Of a stretch of 64,000 nucleotides of DNA, positions 43,797-55,648 are shown in pieces. The first letter of the stretch is position 1. Each line of letters opens with the position of its first letter. Position numbers and translations under genes: made by a program. The stretch comes from Hyaloraphidium curvatum SAG 235-1. Taxonomy: Eukaryota; Fungi; Monoblepharomycota. Under the pieces are notes generated by a model that ran no database searches, was not told where the DNA came from, and was given only the letters and a program-made list of their open reading frames with translations. The DNA is taken from positions 372,001 through 436,000 of the forward strand of contig JAIVFI010000038.1 in the NCBI GenBank assembly GCA_025558095.1, read 5' to 3'.

Positions 43797-44446
43797 CTCT
43801 AGCGCGGCCATGTCCTGCTTGGATCGTTCGTCCTAAGCTATGTAATGCTCGAATCAATGTTTGGGATGTGGAATGCGAAGGAGAGAGGAGGTTGTCGAGA
43901 CTTCCGCGGACTGCCATGACTGGGATGGGAAACGAGATCGACAACACCAAATCTTACAAAACGGCGCGCTCGTACACGGGAACTAGCGACAACGCCTACG
44001 CAAGGTTGATCTTGACCGACTTAACCTGGGTCCAAAGCTGGGTGCACGAAACCGATCAGGCCCGGCCCCCGCGACAAACGCGGACCTCCCACCTCGAGGG
44101 CGTACTCGCCGAGCTCGCGGCCCTGCCCGCTCTCCTTGTAGCCTCCAAAGGGAGTGGAGTTCTGATTAAAGTAGAGAGGAAGAGGTGGAGTGTCGAGGGA
44201 GTAGGGAAGGTAAGCGAGCGGCCGCGCCCATCCATCACGGCGACGAACCTGGATGATGTTGTAGCAGTTGACCCAGACGGTGCCGGCCTGCAGCGCGTTC
44301 GAGACGCGGATGGCGCGGTTGAGGTCCTTGGTGAAGACGGCAGCGGCAAGGCCGTAGGTGGTGTCGTTGGCGCGCTTGATGATCTCGGCCTCGTCCTTGA
44401 AGGTGTTGACCGCCACGACGGGGCCGAAGATCTCCTCGCGCATGAT
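43078..44446. repeat. Left arm of a ~1.35-kb inverted duplication (partner 49047-50394)
   Basis: The reverse complement matches 49047-50394, from cttcactccaaac to ..cgcgcatgat. Exons are near-identical; introns and the intergenic part are diverged. Confidence 0.95.
43996..44446 (-). pseudogene. 5'-truncated copy of the ALDH 3' end (3 exons, 101 codons from ATG 44443, intact splice sites)
   Basis: [15 protein letters not shown]|[15 protein letters not shown]|[13 protein letters not shown], protein-identical to the C-terminus of the ALDH at 47369-49513. Confidence 0.88.
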
Positions 44447-44632
44447 GTCGCTCTGCTCGTTCTACCGTACTACCAACGGGCATCCGGAGATCGACCGAGT
44501 TGGCCGACGCCTCGGCGGTTGAAACCCCTTGCCATTTAGCCGATCGACCGACCTGGCCACCAGGCAAACTCCCTCTCCGGCCCGGAGCCCATCTACCTTC
44601 CTAGCTCCGTCGCAAGTCGCTCGGCAGGCAAG

Positions 44633-46784
44633 ATGAACCCCGAACTCGAGGCCATGCTGGCGAAGCTGCCCAAGTTTCACCCGTGGGCGCCGCTGATTCA
44701 AACGTCTCCCGGACCTTCCCTAACCTCACGCCCAACAAAGGCACCACTACGCGGCGCTGCAGCCCGACAAGCCCGCAATTATTATGGCCGGCATCGGTCT
44801 CCCGCCCGGGGAGAAGCCGGAGGTCGTGACCTACCGGCAGCTCGAGGAGCGGTCGAACCAGCTTGCCCACTTCTTCCGCGCCAAGGGCCTGAAGCGCTTC
44901 GACTCCATCGCCATCGTCATGGGCAACAACGCACGCTATCATGAGGTCGCGTGGGCTGCGCAACGCGCAGGCTTGCGCTTCGTCACGGCGAGCTCGAAGC
45001 TCCTTGTCTCGGAGCTCGAGTACATCCTGAACGACAGCGAGGCCCGCATCGTCATCGGGAGCCCGGAACTCCAGCCTGTGCTGCGGCAGGTTGCGGCGCG
45101 TTTGAACTGGAAGTCGCCCGCGATCGAGTTCTACATGGTGTTCGACAAGAACCCCGAGTTCCCGTGGAAGTCGCTCGAGGCGGAGCGCGACAAGTACCCG
45201 ACGACCCCCATCGCGGACCAGTCGGCCGGCAGCGCCATGTTGTACTCCAGGTTGGTGTCGTCTGCCCTCTGATTTGCCGGCAGCGCGCTGATTTCGGCTA
45301 TCATCGCCCCGTTCCAGCGGGACCACTGGCAGGCCCAAGGGCATCAAACGCCTGCCTCCCCTTCCCAACCCGGACGGCTCCATGCCCGCCACGCTCCAGG
45401 ACTTCGAGAACTACGACGGCTTGAACGTGCTTTCCGTCACCGGCATCGGCCTGTTCAAGTGGAAGCCTTTCGAGACCATCTACCTATCCCCCGCGCCGCT
45501 TTACCACGCCGCGCCCATCGGGTGGACCATGTGAGGGCCTGCGGACGGAGCGGGAGCGAGACAGTGGCTGATCGTCCCGGCAGGGCCGTTCATTCGATCG
45601 GCGGGACATGCGTCATCATGGAGCGCTTCAACGAGGAGGCCGCGCTCCGTCTCATTGAGCAGTACAAGTGCACCACGGGACAGTGGGTTGAACTGCCGCT
45701 GTCGCTTCGTCGGCATTTCGCTGACCCCGTTTCGCTTGCCAGGTTCGTGCCCGCCCACTTCATCAGGATGCTGAAGCTCCCGGACAGCATCCGGCTCAAG
45801 TACAAGCACGACACTCTCACTGGCGTTTTCCACGCCGCCGCGCCGTGCCCCGTCGAGGTCAAGAAGCAGATGATCAACTGGTGGGGAGACATCATCCACG
45901 AGTACTACGGAGGGTCGGAGGGCAACGGCCTTACCTTCAGTGAGATTCGGTCACCTGAGCCTTCCGAAATCTTATGGCTAACTCGCTCTGAAACCAGTCA
46001 CCTGCGAGGACTGGAAGCGCAAGCCCGGCACCGTCGGCCGGCCGTTCCAGGCCGGCGTCGAGGTCCGCATCTGGGACGAGGAGAAGCAGCAGGAGATCAC
46101 GGAGCCCGGCCGCGAGGGCGCCATCTACTTCTCCGGCGGCGGCAGGTTCGAGTACAACAAGGACCCCGTCAAGACGGCCGAGGCAACCAACAAGATGGGC
46201 TGGACGAGCCTGGGCGATGTCGGGTTTAAGGATGAGGTGGGCTGGAGCTCGCGGGCGTTGGGCCGGTTGCTGATTCCCATGTGCAGGAGGGCTTCGTGTT
46301 CCTGACGGACCGGAAGGCCTTCATGATCATCTCGGGCGGTGTCAACATCTGTGAGTGGGCCGCTAGTTCGAAGCGATCCAGTTGATTGGATTCGTTCCAG
46401 ACCCGCAAGAGGTCGAGAACGCACTCGTGGTCCACCCCAAGGTGGCTGACGTCGCCGTCGTTGGCGCGCCCGACGAGGAGATGGGCGAGAAGGTTGTGGC
46501 CGTCGTCCAGCCGGCTCGCTGGGAGGATGCCTCGCCCGAGCTCAGCAAGGAGCTCGCCGCGTTCCTTCGGGAGCGCATCTCGCACGTCAAGGTGCCGAAG
46601 GAGATCTCGTTCTCCAAGGAGCTGCCGCGGCACGACACCGGGAAGCTGTACAAGCGGCTCATCAAGGATGCGTGGGTAGCTTCGCTGGTTCATTTATCCG
46701 CCGGCCCTCACATGTCGCTCCTCCAGGTACTACGGCAAGGCGGATCCCTCGTACAAGGGCGTGGTGCCTGGGGCCAAGCTCTGA
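44633..46784 (+). CDS. Acyl-CoA synthetase (AMP-binding), peroxisomal PTS1 -AKL, multi-exon
   Basis: TYRQLEERSNQLAH, MLYSS|GTTGRPKG, PAPLYHAAP, EYYGGSEG, SLGDVG, TDRKAFMIISGGVNI, LPRHDTGKLYKR; ends VPGAKL*. Confidence 0.9.
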
Positions 46785-47368
46785 GTGCGAAGTCCCATGT
46801 ATCGAGCTCTGGGGGGCGAATGAGAAGAAGACACGTCCGCTTCAAAACAGACAGCCAGATATTTGGACCGACTGGCTGCTTCTGAACCCATCTCATTTGG
46901 CGGATCCAATTGGTTGCCTCCGTCCCTTTTTTTCTGCGGTCCGCGGTTGGGGCCCAGGCGGCGCCGACCCGCCCGATCATTTTCGATCCACCCGTTTGCA
47001 CATCGGACTCGCCAAAGGTGAGCGCTTCTGCGGCCCAATCGCGGCACGGCGGCAATTGCGGAGGCTTCGGACGTACCGATGGACGCGCTGGGCGGTGTCG
47101 GGGCGGCGGCGGGCGGCGTGGGCGCCGTGCCCCACGATGGGAGACGCCGGGCGCCACTGCCCCGCGTCCCATCCCGCCGCCGGTCTCCCTCCGCGAAGCG
47201 ACGCGGCTGCGCATCCTCGTTGGCCCCGCGTGCGGCCGTCTGCGCGATTTCTGAGCCCCGCTGATCTCGCCTTGTTCCGCGCAACGCCGCTTCGCCTTGT
47301 TTCCGCCGCCTTCACTCGTCGCCCATCCAGCACACTCGCTCTCGCCGCTCCGAAAAAAACCAGCAAAC

Positions 47369-49513
47369 ATGTCGGCCGTGAGTTTTGCATGCGAGGGACA
47401 TGCGGCGCTCGTGTCCGAGCGCTGCCGGGTCCGCTACGGCACGACGATGCTGATCTCTGGCATCGCGCCACGCTCCACGCCAGACCGAAGTTGAGATCCT
47501 CGTCGCCGGGCAGAAGAAGGCCATCGGTGAGATTGACGATGCTGCGGAGCGGGATCGCGCTAATCATGACCTCCCGACGACAGAGACCGGCCTCTTCATC
47601 AACAACCAGTTCGTGAAGGCCAAGAGCGGCAAGAAGTTCCCGACCGTGAACCCTGTGGGTGCTGGCTCGCACCGGCTGTGCTATAGTGTCGCTGACTTGT
47701 CGCCGATCGCGTGTGCAGGCCACCGGCGAGGTCATCTGCGAGGTCGAGGAGGCCGGCAAGGAGGACGTGCAGGCCGCCGTCAAGGCCGCCCAGGATGCCT
47801 TCGACAACGTCTGGTCCAAGACCCCCGCTGCCGAGCGCGGCAAGATGCTCTGGAAGCTCGGCGAGCTCGTCGACCAGAACGCCCAGGACCTCGCCAACCT
47901 CGAGGCCCTCGACATGGGCAAGACCGCCGCCATGGCCGGTGCCATGGACGTTCCCGGCCTCGCCAGCTGCCTCCGCTACTACGCCGGCTTCGCTGACAAG
48001 ATCCACGGCAAGGTGCGTGCCCCCACGGTCCCGCATTAGGTCGTATCGGAAATTGATTATGCGTCCGTGCAAGGTCATGATGGACGAGCCCAACTTCTTC
48101 AACTACACCCGCCACGAGCCCTACGGCGTGTGCGGTGCCATCATCCCCTGGGTACGTTGGTCGATACGTTGTCTCCGGCATGATGTGCTGACGATCGCCT
48201 CCTCGCAGAACTTCCCCCTGCTCATGCTGGCCTGGAAAGTCGGCCCCGCCCTCGCCTGCGGCAACACCCTCGTCCTGAAGTCGTCGGAGAAGACCCCCCT
48301 GTCGGCTCTCGCCTTCGCCAAGCTCTGCCAGCAGGTCCTCCCCCCCGGCGTGCTCAACGTCGTTTCCGGCTACGGCCCGACCACCGGCCAGGCCATCATC
48401 GAGGAGCCTTCGATCTACAAGGGTGCGTCCTCGGAGCCCGTTCGCCGTGGCATTCATTGACCCGCTGCTCCGCAGTCGCCTTCACCGGCTCGGCCCGCAC
48501 CGGCAGGCTCCTGCTCCAGGGCGCTAGCAAGACCAACCTCAAGAAGGTCTCGCTCGAGCTCGGCGGCAAGTCGCCCGCCATCGTCTTCGACGACTGCGAC
48601 ATCGACCAGGCCGTCCAGTGGTGCCACATGGGCATCTTCTTCAAGTGCGTTGCTTTCGCGGCGGGATGGCTTTTCGGTCGGACTCACGCCGCCCACAACA
48701 GCCACGGCCAGGTCTGCTGCGCCTCGTCCCGCGTCTACGTGCACGAGGGCATCAAGGACAAGTTCCTGGAGAAGTACACCGCCGCCGCGCAGGCCATCAA
48801 GGTCGGCGACCAGTTCGACCCCGCCACCAACCAGGGCCCCCAGGTCGACGAGATCCAGTTCAACTCGATCATGAAGTACATCGAGGTTGGCATTGATGTG
48901 CTTTGGACGCCACCGTGTGGTCTCCTTACCCCTCGTCACAGACCGGCAAGTCCGAGGGCAAGCTCGTCACCGGCGGCAAGCGCCACGGCGACAAGGGCTT
49001 CTTCATCGAGCCCACCATCTTCACCGACGTGCCCGACAGCGCCAAGATCATGCGCGAGGAGATCTTCGGCCCCGTCGTGGCGGTCAACACCTTCAAGGAC
49101 GAGGCCGAGATCATCAAGCGCGCCAACGACACCACCTACGGCCTTGCCGCTGCCGTCTTCACCAAGGACCTCAACCGCGCCATCCGCGTCTCGAACGCGC
49201 TGCAGGCCGGCACCGTCTGGGTGAACTGCTACAACATCATCCAGGTTCGTCGCCGTGGTGGATGGGCGCGGCCGCTCGCTTACCTTCCCTACTCCCTCGA
49301 CACTCCACCTCTTCTCCCACCTCTTCTCTCACCTCCTCTTCTGCTAGAACTCCACGCCCTTTGGGGGCTACAAAGAGAGCGGGCAGGGCCGCGAGCTCGG
49401 CGAGTACGCGCTCGAGGTGGGAGGTCCGCCGACGTCGCGGCGGCCGGAGCTGATCGGTTTCGTGCATCCAGCTCTGGACCCAGGTCAAGTCGGTCAAGAT
49501 CAACCTTGCGTAG
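47369..49513 (+). CDS. Aldehyde dehydrogenase (ALDH1/2-like), multi-exon with a 9-nt first exon
   Basis: [13 protein letters not shown]|[46 protein letters not shown]. Confidence 0.93.
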
Positions 49514-50394
49514 GCGTTGTCGCTAGTTATCGTGTACGAGCGCGCCGTTTTGTAAGATTTGGTGTTGTCGATCGCTCTTCCTGTCCCCGGCCCCACGGAT
49601 GCCCACTGCACCTCTTGTCTTCGCAGCCCATATTCCAACATTGACACGAGCACTACATAGCTTCCTATAACGATCCCAGGAGCCTGCACTAGAGCTAGTT
49701 TACGAAGAAGAGGAGACAGGACACTGGCGATGAACGCGATTTGAGCCAGCTCCACCAAGGAGCTTCTTCGACCCGAGCTTGGTCGACTCGTGCTGGCTGA
49801 TGCAGTTCCGGTGGCTGTTGCGGCTGTCACCGTGCTTACAGGGGAGCTGGTTCCGCCGGGGAAGGGGGTGGTTGCGCGGTACTGCGGCGGAAGGAAGGTC
49901 AACCAAAACCATGCATCATACGACGGCTCATCCCACAGGAAGTAGTTGTCGAGGAGATGCCTGTGCAAGGGGGAAAACATGAATGCCAGCGAAATGGGAC
50001 TTCGTCGGGCACCAACCATGCCAGAGTCCGGGCCGACGCCTCGGCCGTGTTCTTCAGCTCGTCGCCCCTGACGCCCGCCTTGAACGTCCACAGGATGTTC
50101 TGGCAGTTACGATCCTCGCCGGTCGGGGCTTGCAGCTCGCAGGTCGCAACGGCCGAGTAGTTGAGCGAGCACGATGTCGTGGAGTTGCCGAAGATGAAGT
50201 AGGGAGTTCCGACGTGTGCTGTTCGATCGGTAATATCAGGTCCCTCGCAAATCGACACGCATTGACATGTACCATAAAGACCAAGGTCCGTGTCATTGGG
50301 CGGGAGGTGCGGGATCGGATCAAGATAATTGACGACGCGGTGCGAATTGGGCACGAGATCTTGTCGGAATGTTGGACTGAAGTTTGGAGTGAAG
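49047..50394. repeat. Right arm of the inverted duplication (partner 43078-44446)
   Basis: Contains the functional ALDH 3' end and a truncated lipase 3' end on the - strand. Confidence 0.95.
49695..50394 (-). pseudogene. 5'-truncated lipase 3' copy (lacks GHSLGG), with small indels
   Basis: FTPNFSPTFRQDLVPNSHRVVNYLDPIPHLP.. matches 43079 onward. Carries a 4-nt loss at the last donor (TTCCT|gtggga vs TTCCTCGGC|gtaaga) and a 2-nt loss near the stop. Confidence 0.88.
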
Positions 50395-50500
50395 AACTCC
50401 AGCCCTTTGGTGGCCCCATTCCCACTCCAGTTCCGCTCTGCATCTCATAAAGTGTAGAAACGAAGATCGAATACAGGACCAGTATCTCGGATGCGAACCG

Positions 50501-52747
50501 TCACCTCTTCTCCTTGTGCAGCGTGCTCAGCAGCACGAACGCCAGCAGCCTGAACCCGACCATGAACGCAACCAGGCACCCGATCTGCGACCACACCGTG
50601 ATCCCGGCCATGCCCTGCCTTGCGAGCAGCGCGGGGCCGTACGGCCGGTCCTGGAACTCTGTGCGTTGGTACGATCGCTCAGCTCCCGTGCAGCAACAGC
50701 CTGCGCCAATCGCACCCACCGTTGACCATGAGCCCCGAGAACCCGAACCAGTAGTAGCTCGTGTACACGACCCACTGCGCCCCCGCCGGCAGGTCGTCCT
50801 TGGATATCATGAACCCCCCCAGGAGCAGGCTGTACACGAGGATGATCATGTAGATGGCGATGCCCACGGGCACCGAGGACGAGACGGACGAGGCGACCTG
50901 GGTCGCGGAGAAGCCGACGAGGATGACGAGGGTGATGATGAGGAGGTAGATGAAGAAGTTGGAGGCGGCGGGGTAGAAGCCGACCATCCCTGGGAAAGGG
51001 GTCAGCATGCGACGGGTCAGCACGCCGCTCCGGGACGTACAGTAGGAAATCGTGCCGTACAGCACGGCGACGACGATCAGGAGGGGAACCTCGACGGCCA
51101 TGCCCGAGAGGAAGTACGCGGGAGTGTTGACTATGCCGGAGGCGCGCTCGCGCTGGAAGAGCAGCCGGTCCGAGATCTGCTGCGAGATGGCGGGCTTCGG
51201 GGACGCCGAAGGGTCAGCGAACTGCCAAAATCTCGTCGAAATCGCCAAGCACTCACCAGGCAGAAGAGGGCAAAAACGTTCATTAGGAACAGCAGCCCGT
51301 TGACCCTCTGCCCCTGCGAATCCTGCGGCTGCTGGAAGAATATCAACCCCACCAGCAGCGCGATCCCCAGCGCCGCCCCCGTGCGGATGTAGATGATCCC
51401 CGGGTCGCGCAGGGTCTGCAGCATCGTCCGCTCCGTCATCAAACGCAATAGCGTGCCGAATGTCGGCCGGGGAACGGCAGCGGGGAGCACGGTGGGGTTG
51501 GAGGCGTGGGAGGCGACGGATTTGCGGAGGAGGGCGTACTCGTCCGAGGCGCGGTAGACGTCGGGGAGGGTGGGGGTGGAGCCGCGGGGAGGTGGGGGGA
51601 GGGGTATCGCGGGTTCGGAGCCTTCGGGGAGGAAGAGCACGATGTCGTCCTGGTTCGGGGCGGGCGGCGTGCCGCCGTTCGCCTGTCCAGGCATCCCAGC
51701 TGCTTGACCATCCCCATCCTCGTCGTCCGCCCCGCCTTCGAGGAGGTCCACGACCCAGTCTCCCGGGTTCTCCCATTTCTCGCACTCCTTCCCCGTGTAC
51801 CCCTGCAGCTTCTCCACGCACACCGCGCCGCCGGGGCCGAAATACGCCTCGGACCCGCGGTGCATGATCAGCAGCTCGTCGAACATGCGGAAGATGCTGC
51901 TCCGCGGCTGGTGGATGCTGGCGATGATGGTGTGGCCCCGCGAGGCGAGGGTCCGGAGGAGCTTGACCACGCGCAGGGCGTTGGCGGCGTCCAGGCCCGA
52001 TGTGGGCTCGTCGAGGAAGACGACGGGGGGGCGGGTGACCAATTCGCACCCGATGGAGAGGCGGCGCCGCTCGCCGCCGCTGATGCCGCGCTTCATCGGG
52101 GAGCCGACCTGGGTGTTGGCGACGGAGGAGAGGTTCAGGAGAGAAAGGAGGGAGGATACAATGGATTCCTCGAGCTCCTTGGTCAGCTGATCCCGGCGGA
52201 CTCTCATCCGCAGCGAGAACAGGAGCGTTTCGCGCACCGTGAGGTTGGCGACAAAAGCATCGTCCTGCATTACGTAGCCCAGGAGAGACTGCAACACGCC
52301 CGGCGTAATCGAAGGGTACTCGACGCCAGCAAGGTAGAGTTTCCCGGCCACGGCGCCGACCTTGTTGCGGCCCGCAAGCACGTCCAGGAGCGAGCTCTTT
52401 CCCGAGCCGCTGGGTCCCATTATTGCTGCCAAATGGCCCGCCTGGAACAGACCCGACACGCCGTGCAGCACCTCCATCATGCGGACCTCCTTGTCACGGC
52501 CGCAACTCGGTCGGCAATCCGCGAACCATTTCCGCGCCCGGGTCCAGAACGATTCCGGGGCTGCCGCGGCGGCGGTGCCCGCGCGTTCGATCTCCTTCCG
52601 GCGCCGCTCCCGCTCGTCCTGCCGCGCGCGCTTCTTGTCGATCGGGACGGCGTACGATACGTCCTCGAAGGCCAGCGAGAGCGCCGGCGGCGGGCCGAAG
52701 CCCGAGTGCGCGTCCATTGCGGCGGTGCGAGGCGCGGCCGCGGGCAT
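50501..52747 (-). CDS. ABCG (White-like) half transporter, NBD-TMD, spliced 3' part
   Basis: Walker A GPSGSGKS, YVMQDD, ISGGERRR, FLDEPTSGLD, SIHQP; TMD ..FQRERASG..LLGGF..; ends HKEKR*. Confidence 0.92.
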
Positions 52748-53100
52748 TTCAATCTCGAAGCGCAGTTCCACCGGGAGTCAACCCGGGTTGGGACGGGCCA
52801 ATGAGGGCTGGCTCGGTGCGGTCCGCGGTGCGTCGGCGGAGTCACTCCGTCCCGCTCCGCGACTTCGCCCCGAATGCCGCGGGATCAGGATATCCACGCC
52901 GACCGGGACCAGCTGCCGGCGCCCAAACGCGCGCCCCGGGAGGCGCAGCGGGCGGCCGCCGCGTGACGCGATTCGTCGCGATCGACAACAACCAAAGGGC
53001 GGACCCGGCCGGACCCTGAACGCGCAACCGAATCAAAGCGGCAGTTGCTTCTAGCAGCACTCCTTTCTGCCTCCTCCCTTCTCCACCTCAGCTGCCCGCG

Positions 53101-53847
53101 ATGTCGTCCAGCGAATCCCAGCCGCTGCTCTCGCAGCTCGTGCCCGACGCTATCGAGAAACCCGTCGTCGACGCCGCCCGCCGCGCCGGCGCCGCCATCT
53201 CCGACGCGATCCCCGACGAGATCGAAAAGGGCGCTGCGGATGCCGTCGCCGCCGTCGGTGGCTTCTTCTCGGACTTCTGGACCTTCCTGTCGCGCGGCGT
53301 GGGTCTCCTCGCGGCCCGAAGATAGCTCGCTGATCCCGCTCCGCGGAACAGAACGTGATGGACCTGGCCGTCGGTATCATCATCGGCGCGGCCTTCCAGG
53401 ACATCATCAAGTCCCTCGTCGGCGACATATTCTCCCCGGTCATCGGCCTCTTCACGGGCAGCTCCCTCGGCAACGAGTTCGCCCTCCTCCGGCCGGGCAG
53501 GTCCGGCAACACGACCTACAACACCCCGGTGCAGGCGGCCGACGATGGCGCGGTGCCGCTCAAGTGGGGCGCCTTTGTCCAGTACGTCCTTCCCCCGCGC
53601 CGCGTCGCTCCGGAAGTTGTCCCTTACCCGTTCCTCCACCTCCAGGACCCTGATCAACTTTGTCATAATCGGCTTCGTCCTCTTCCTCATCGTTCGCATC
53701 GCCAAGGCCGCGCAGGACTCGCAGGCGGCGGCGGCCGCCGCCGCGCCCGCCGCGGCGAGCGAGAGGGAGTGCCCCGCGTGCCTGGAGAAGGTCAAGAAGG
53801 CCGCCAAGGCGTGCAAGTTCTGCACGAGGGACCTGCCGCCGGCGTAG
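53101..53847 (+). CDS. mscL: Large-conductance mechanosensitive channel (MscL) homolog with C-terminal Zn ribbon; introns 53299-53351, 53582-53645
   Basis: DFWTFLSRG|[38 protein letters not shown]|[28 protein letters not shown]. Confidence 0.92.
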
Positions 53848-54199
53848 AGAAGCCCGGAGGGGGGACAGATGGGGGCGCGGGGCTGTGTCGGCTGCTTATT
53901 GGTCATATGGTTTGTATGTGCTCGACTAAACTTGGAGACTATAGATCGCTTTGCGTGCTTAATCTGGGCACGAGGCCGGTGCTCTGCGATTGGCCGGGAG
54001 CGTGCTGTGGATGAGAGACGGATTTCCGGTCGTCGATCGGCAAATCATCCATCCCCCGCTTCCCCATCGCCCAAGCAGTGCCATTAGCCTTCTGCAACAC
54101 ACCGTTGCTACTTGATATTGAGCCCAACTGGTTTGATTGGTCTCTTTCAATTGGGTCTCAGGGCTTCCCCGGCCGCGCTTGACTTTACATCAACAGATC

Positions 54200-55648
54200 T
54201 CAAGATTCGTGCACGAACATCCAGCTGCCTTCCACATCGCGCCATCTCCAGATCCATTCCTCCGCATCGACGTGAACGACACCTCCGAAGAAGGTCCCCG
54301 CCCTCGGTCTGAGCTTGGTCTGCGCGATCTTGAGCGCGAAGCGCAGCGGGCCCCCCTGCATGACCGCGGCCAGCCCGTCCACGAACCGCCGCGGATCCGA
54401 TGGGTCATCAATGGTGTTCACATGGATCGCGAGCGACTGGAGCCGGGGGGGGAGGTTGGCGGTGACGACGGCCAGGGCCGCTCCGGGCAGGAAGGTGTGG
54501 CGCGCGCTGAAGACCACCTCGAGGTCGCGCACCCAGTCCGCACCGGCAATCCTGTCCTGCAGAAAATCGAAGAAGGTGAAGGCAGGGACGGCGATCTCGG
54601 CTGGGCGGACGCCGGGCGTCCGGAGGGCGGCCGCCCAGTCCTCGGCCGACTCGAGGTCGAGCGAGCGGAGCCGGGACGCGGCGAGGGGGAATGGGCCGAG
54701 ATCCGGCATGCCGCGTAATGAGGTGAAGGACAGATGCCGGAGGCGCGGGCAGCGGTCTTCGAGGAAGGGGAGCAGGGGCTCCACATCCAAGCCGGCGACG
54801 ACGGTGACGTGCACCTCTTCCAATGCCGAGGTGCCGACCGCGTCTTCCAGATTGATAGCAAATCGCTGAGCCTCGTCGAAATCAAGGGCACTGGTGTGGA
54901 GGACGCGCAGCTTCCTTGCCGAAGCCGGGAACCTCGACAGCTCGGGCAGGCCGCTTTCGCTGGAAAAGGTGAGCGATTCGAACACTGTCCCCATGGCGTG
55001 AGGCTCCAAAGCGCGCAGAATGCCATAACAGCCCGCAGGGTGGCCCTTGCCGGCGACGATGTCCAGGGATCGGAGCGTGGTGGCCACTCTTGCTGCGCCG
55101 AACACCGTCCTGCGGTCGTGGCGTTCGCCGGCCTGGTACTGCCAAGGCGCCAACAGGCCCTGCTCCAAATTGAGCTGCGCTCTCTCCAGTCCCACCAACT
55201 TCTCGAGCGCGAGCGCCACGACTCGCTTCCAGGCTTGCAGCGCCTCTCCCGCGTGCGCCTCGGGCCAGCCCAGCGACGGCACGGTTATCGACAGTTCGCG
55301 CACCACTCCGTGGCACCGCTTCGAGCCTCCTTGCAGATAGTCGAGCCAGGTCTGCACGTTCAAGCCCTTCTGGTCGTCCTCCCCCATGTCGACGCGGCGG
55401 TGAATGAGCGGGAGGCCGAGCTCGTAGCACAAATCGGAGGCCCGCATCAGCCGCAAAAGCGTCGTCCTGTCGTGGCTTTCCGCGAGCGTCTGCATGATCT
55501 TGAGCAGCAGCTCGCCGGGGAGGACCAGGGGAGACGGGGCGGGCCGGGAAGACGCGGGCGGCGCGGCGGCACTGGAACCCCCGGAGCCCCCTACGGCAAG
55601 GCGTGCGAGCTGCGCCGCCACGTCCGACTCTCCTTTTCTCTTCCTCAT
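54200..55648 (-). CDS. F-box-like protein with degenerate LRR-like C-terminus, intronless
   Basis: LPGELLLKIMQTL..TLLRLMRAS..YELGLPLIHRRV; repeated LxxLxL segments. Confidence 0.6.
   Translation of the reverse strand: MRKRKGESDVAAQLARLAVGGSGGSSAAAPPASSRPAPSPLVLPGELLLKIMQTLAESHDRTTLLRLMRASDLCYELGLPLIHRRVDMGEDDQKGLNVQTWLDYLQGGSKRCHGVVRELSITVPSLGWPEAHAGEALQAWKRVVALALEKLVGLERAQLNLEQGLLAPWQYQAGERHDRRTVFGAARVATTLRSLDIVAGKGHPAGCYGILRALEPHAMGTVFESLTFSSESGLPELSRFPASARKLRVLHTSALDFDEAQRFAINLEDAVGTSALEEVHVTVVAGLDVEPLLPFLEDRCPRLRHLSFTSLRGMPDLGPFPLAASRLRSLDLESAEDWAAALRTPGVRPAEIAVPAFTFFDFLQDRIAGADWVRDLEVVFSARHTFLPGAALAVVTANLPPRLQSLAIHVNTIDDPSDPRRFVDGLAAVMQGGPLRFALKIAQTKLRPRAGTFFGGVVHVDAEEWIWRWRDVEGSWMFVHES

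Noticed and set aside
43078-50394. Inverted repeats as the TIRs of a DNA transposon or composite element
   Set aside because: The arms consist of host exons and introns; no transposase and no evident target-site duplication.
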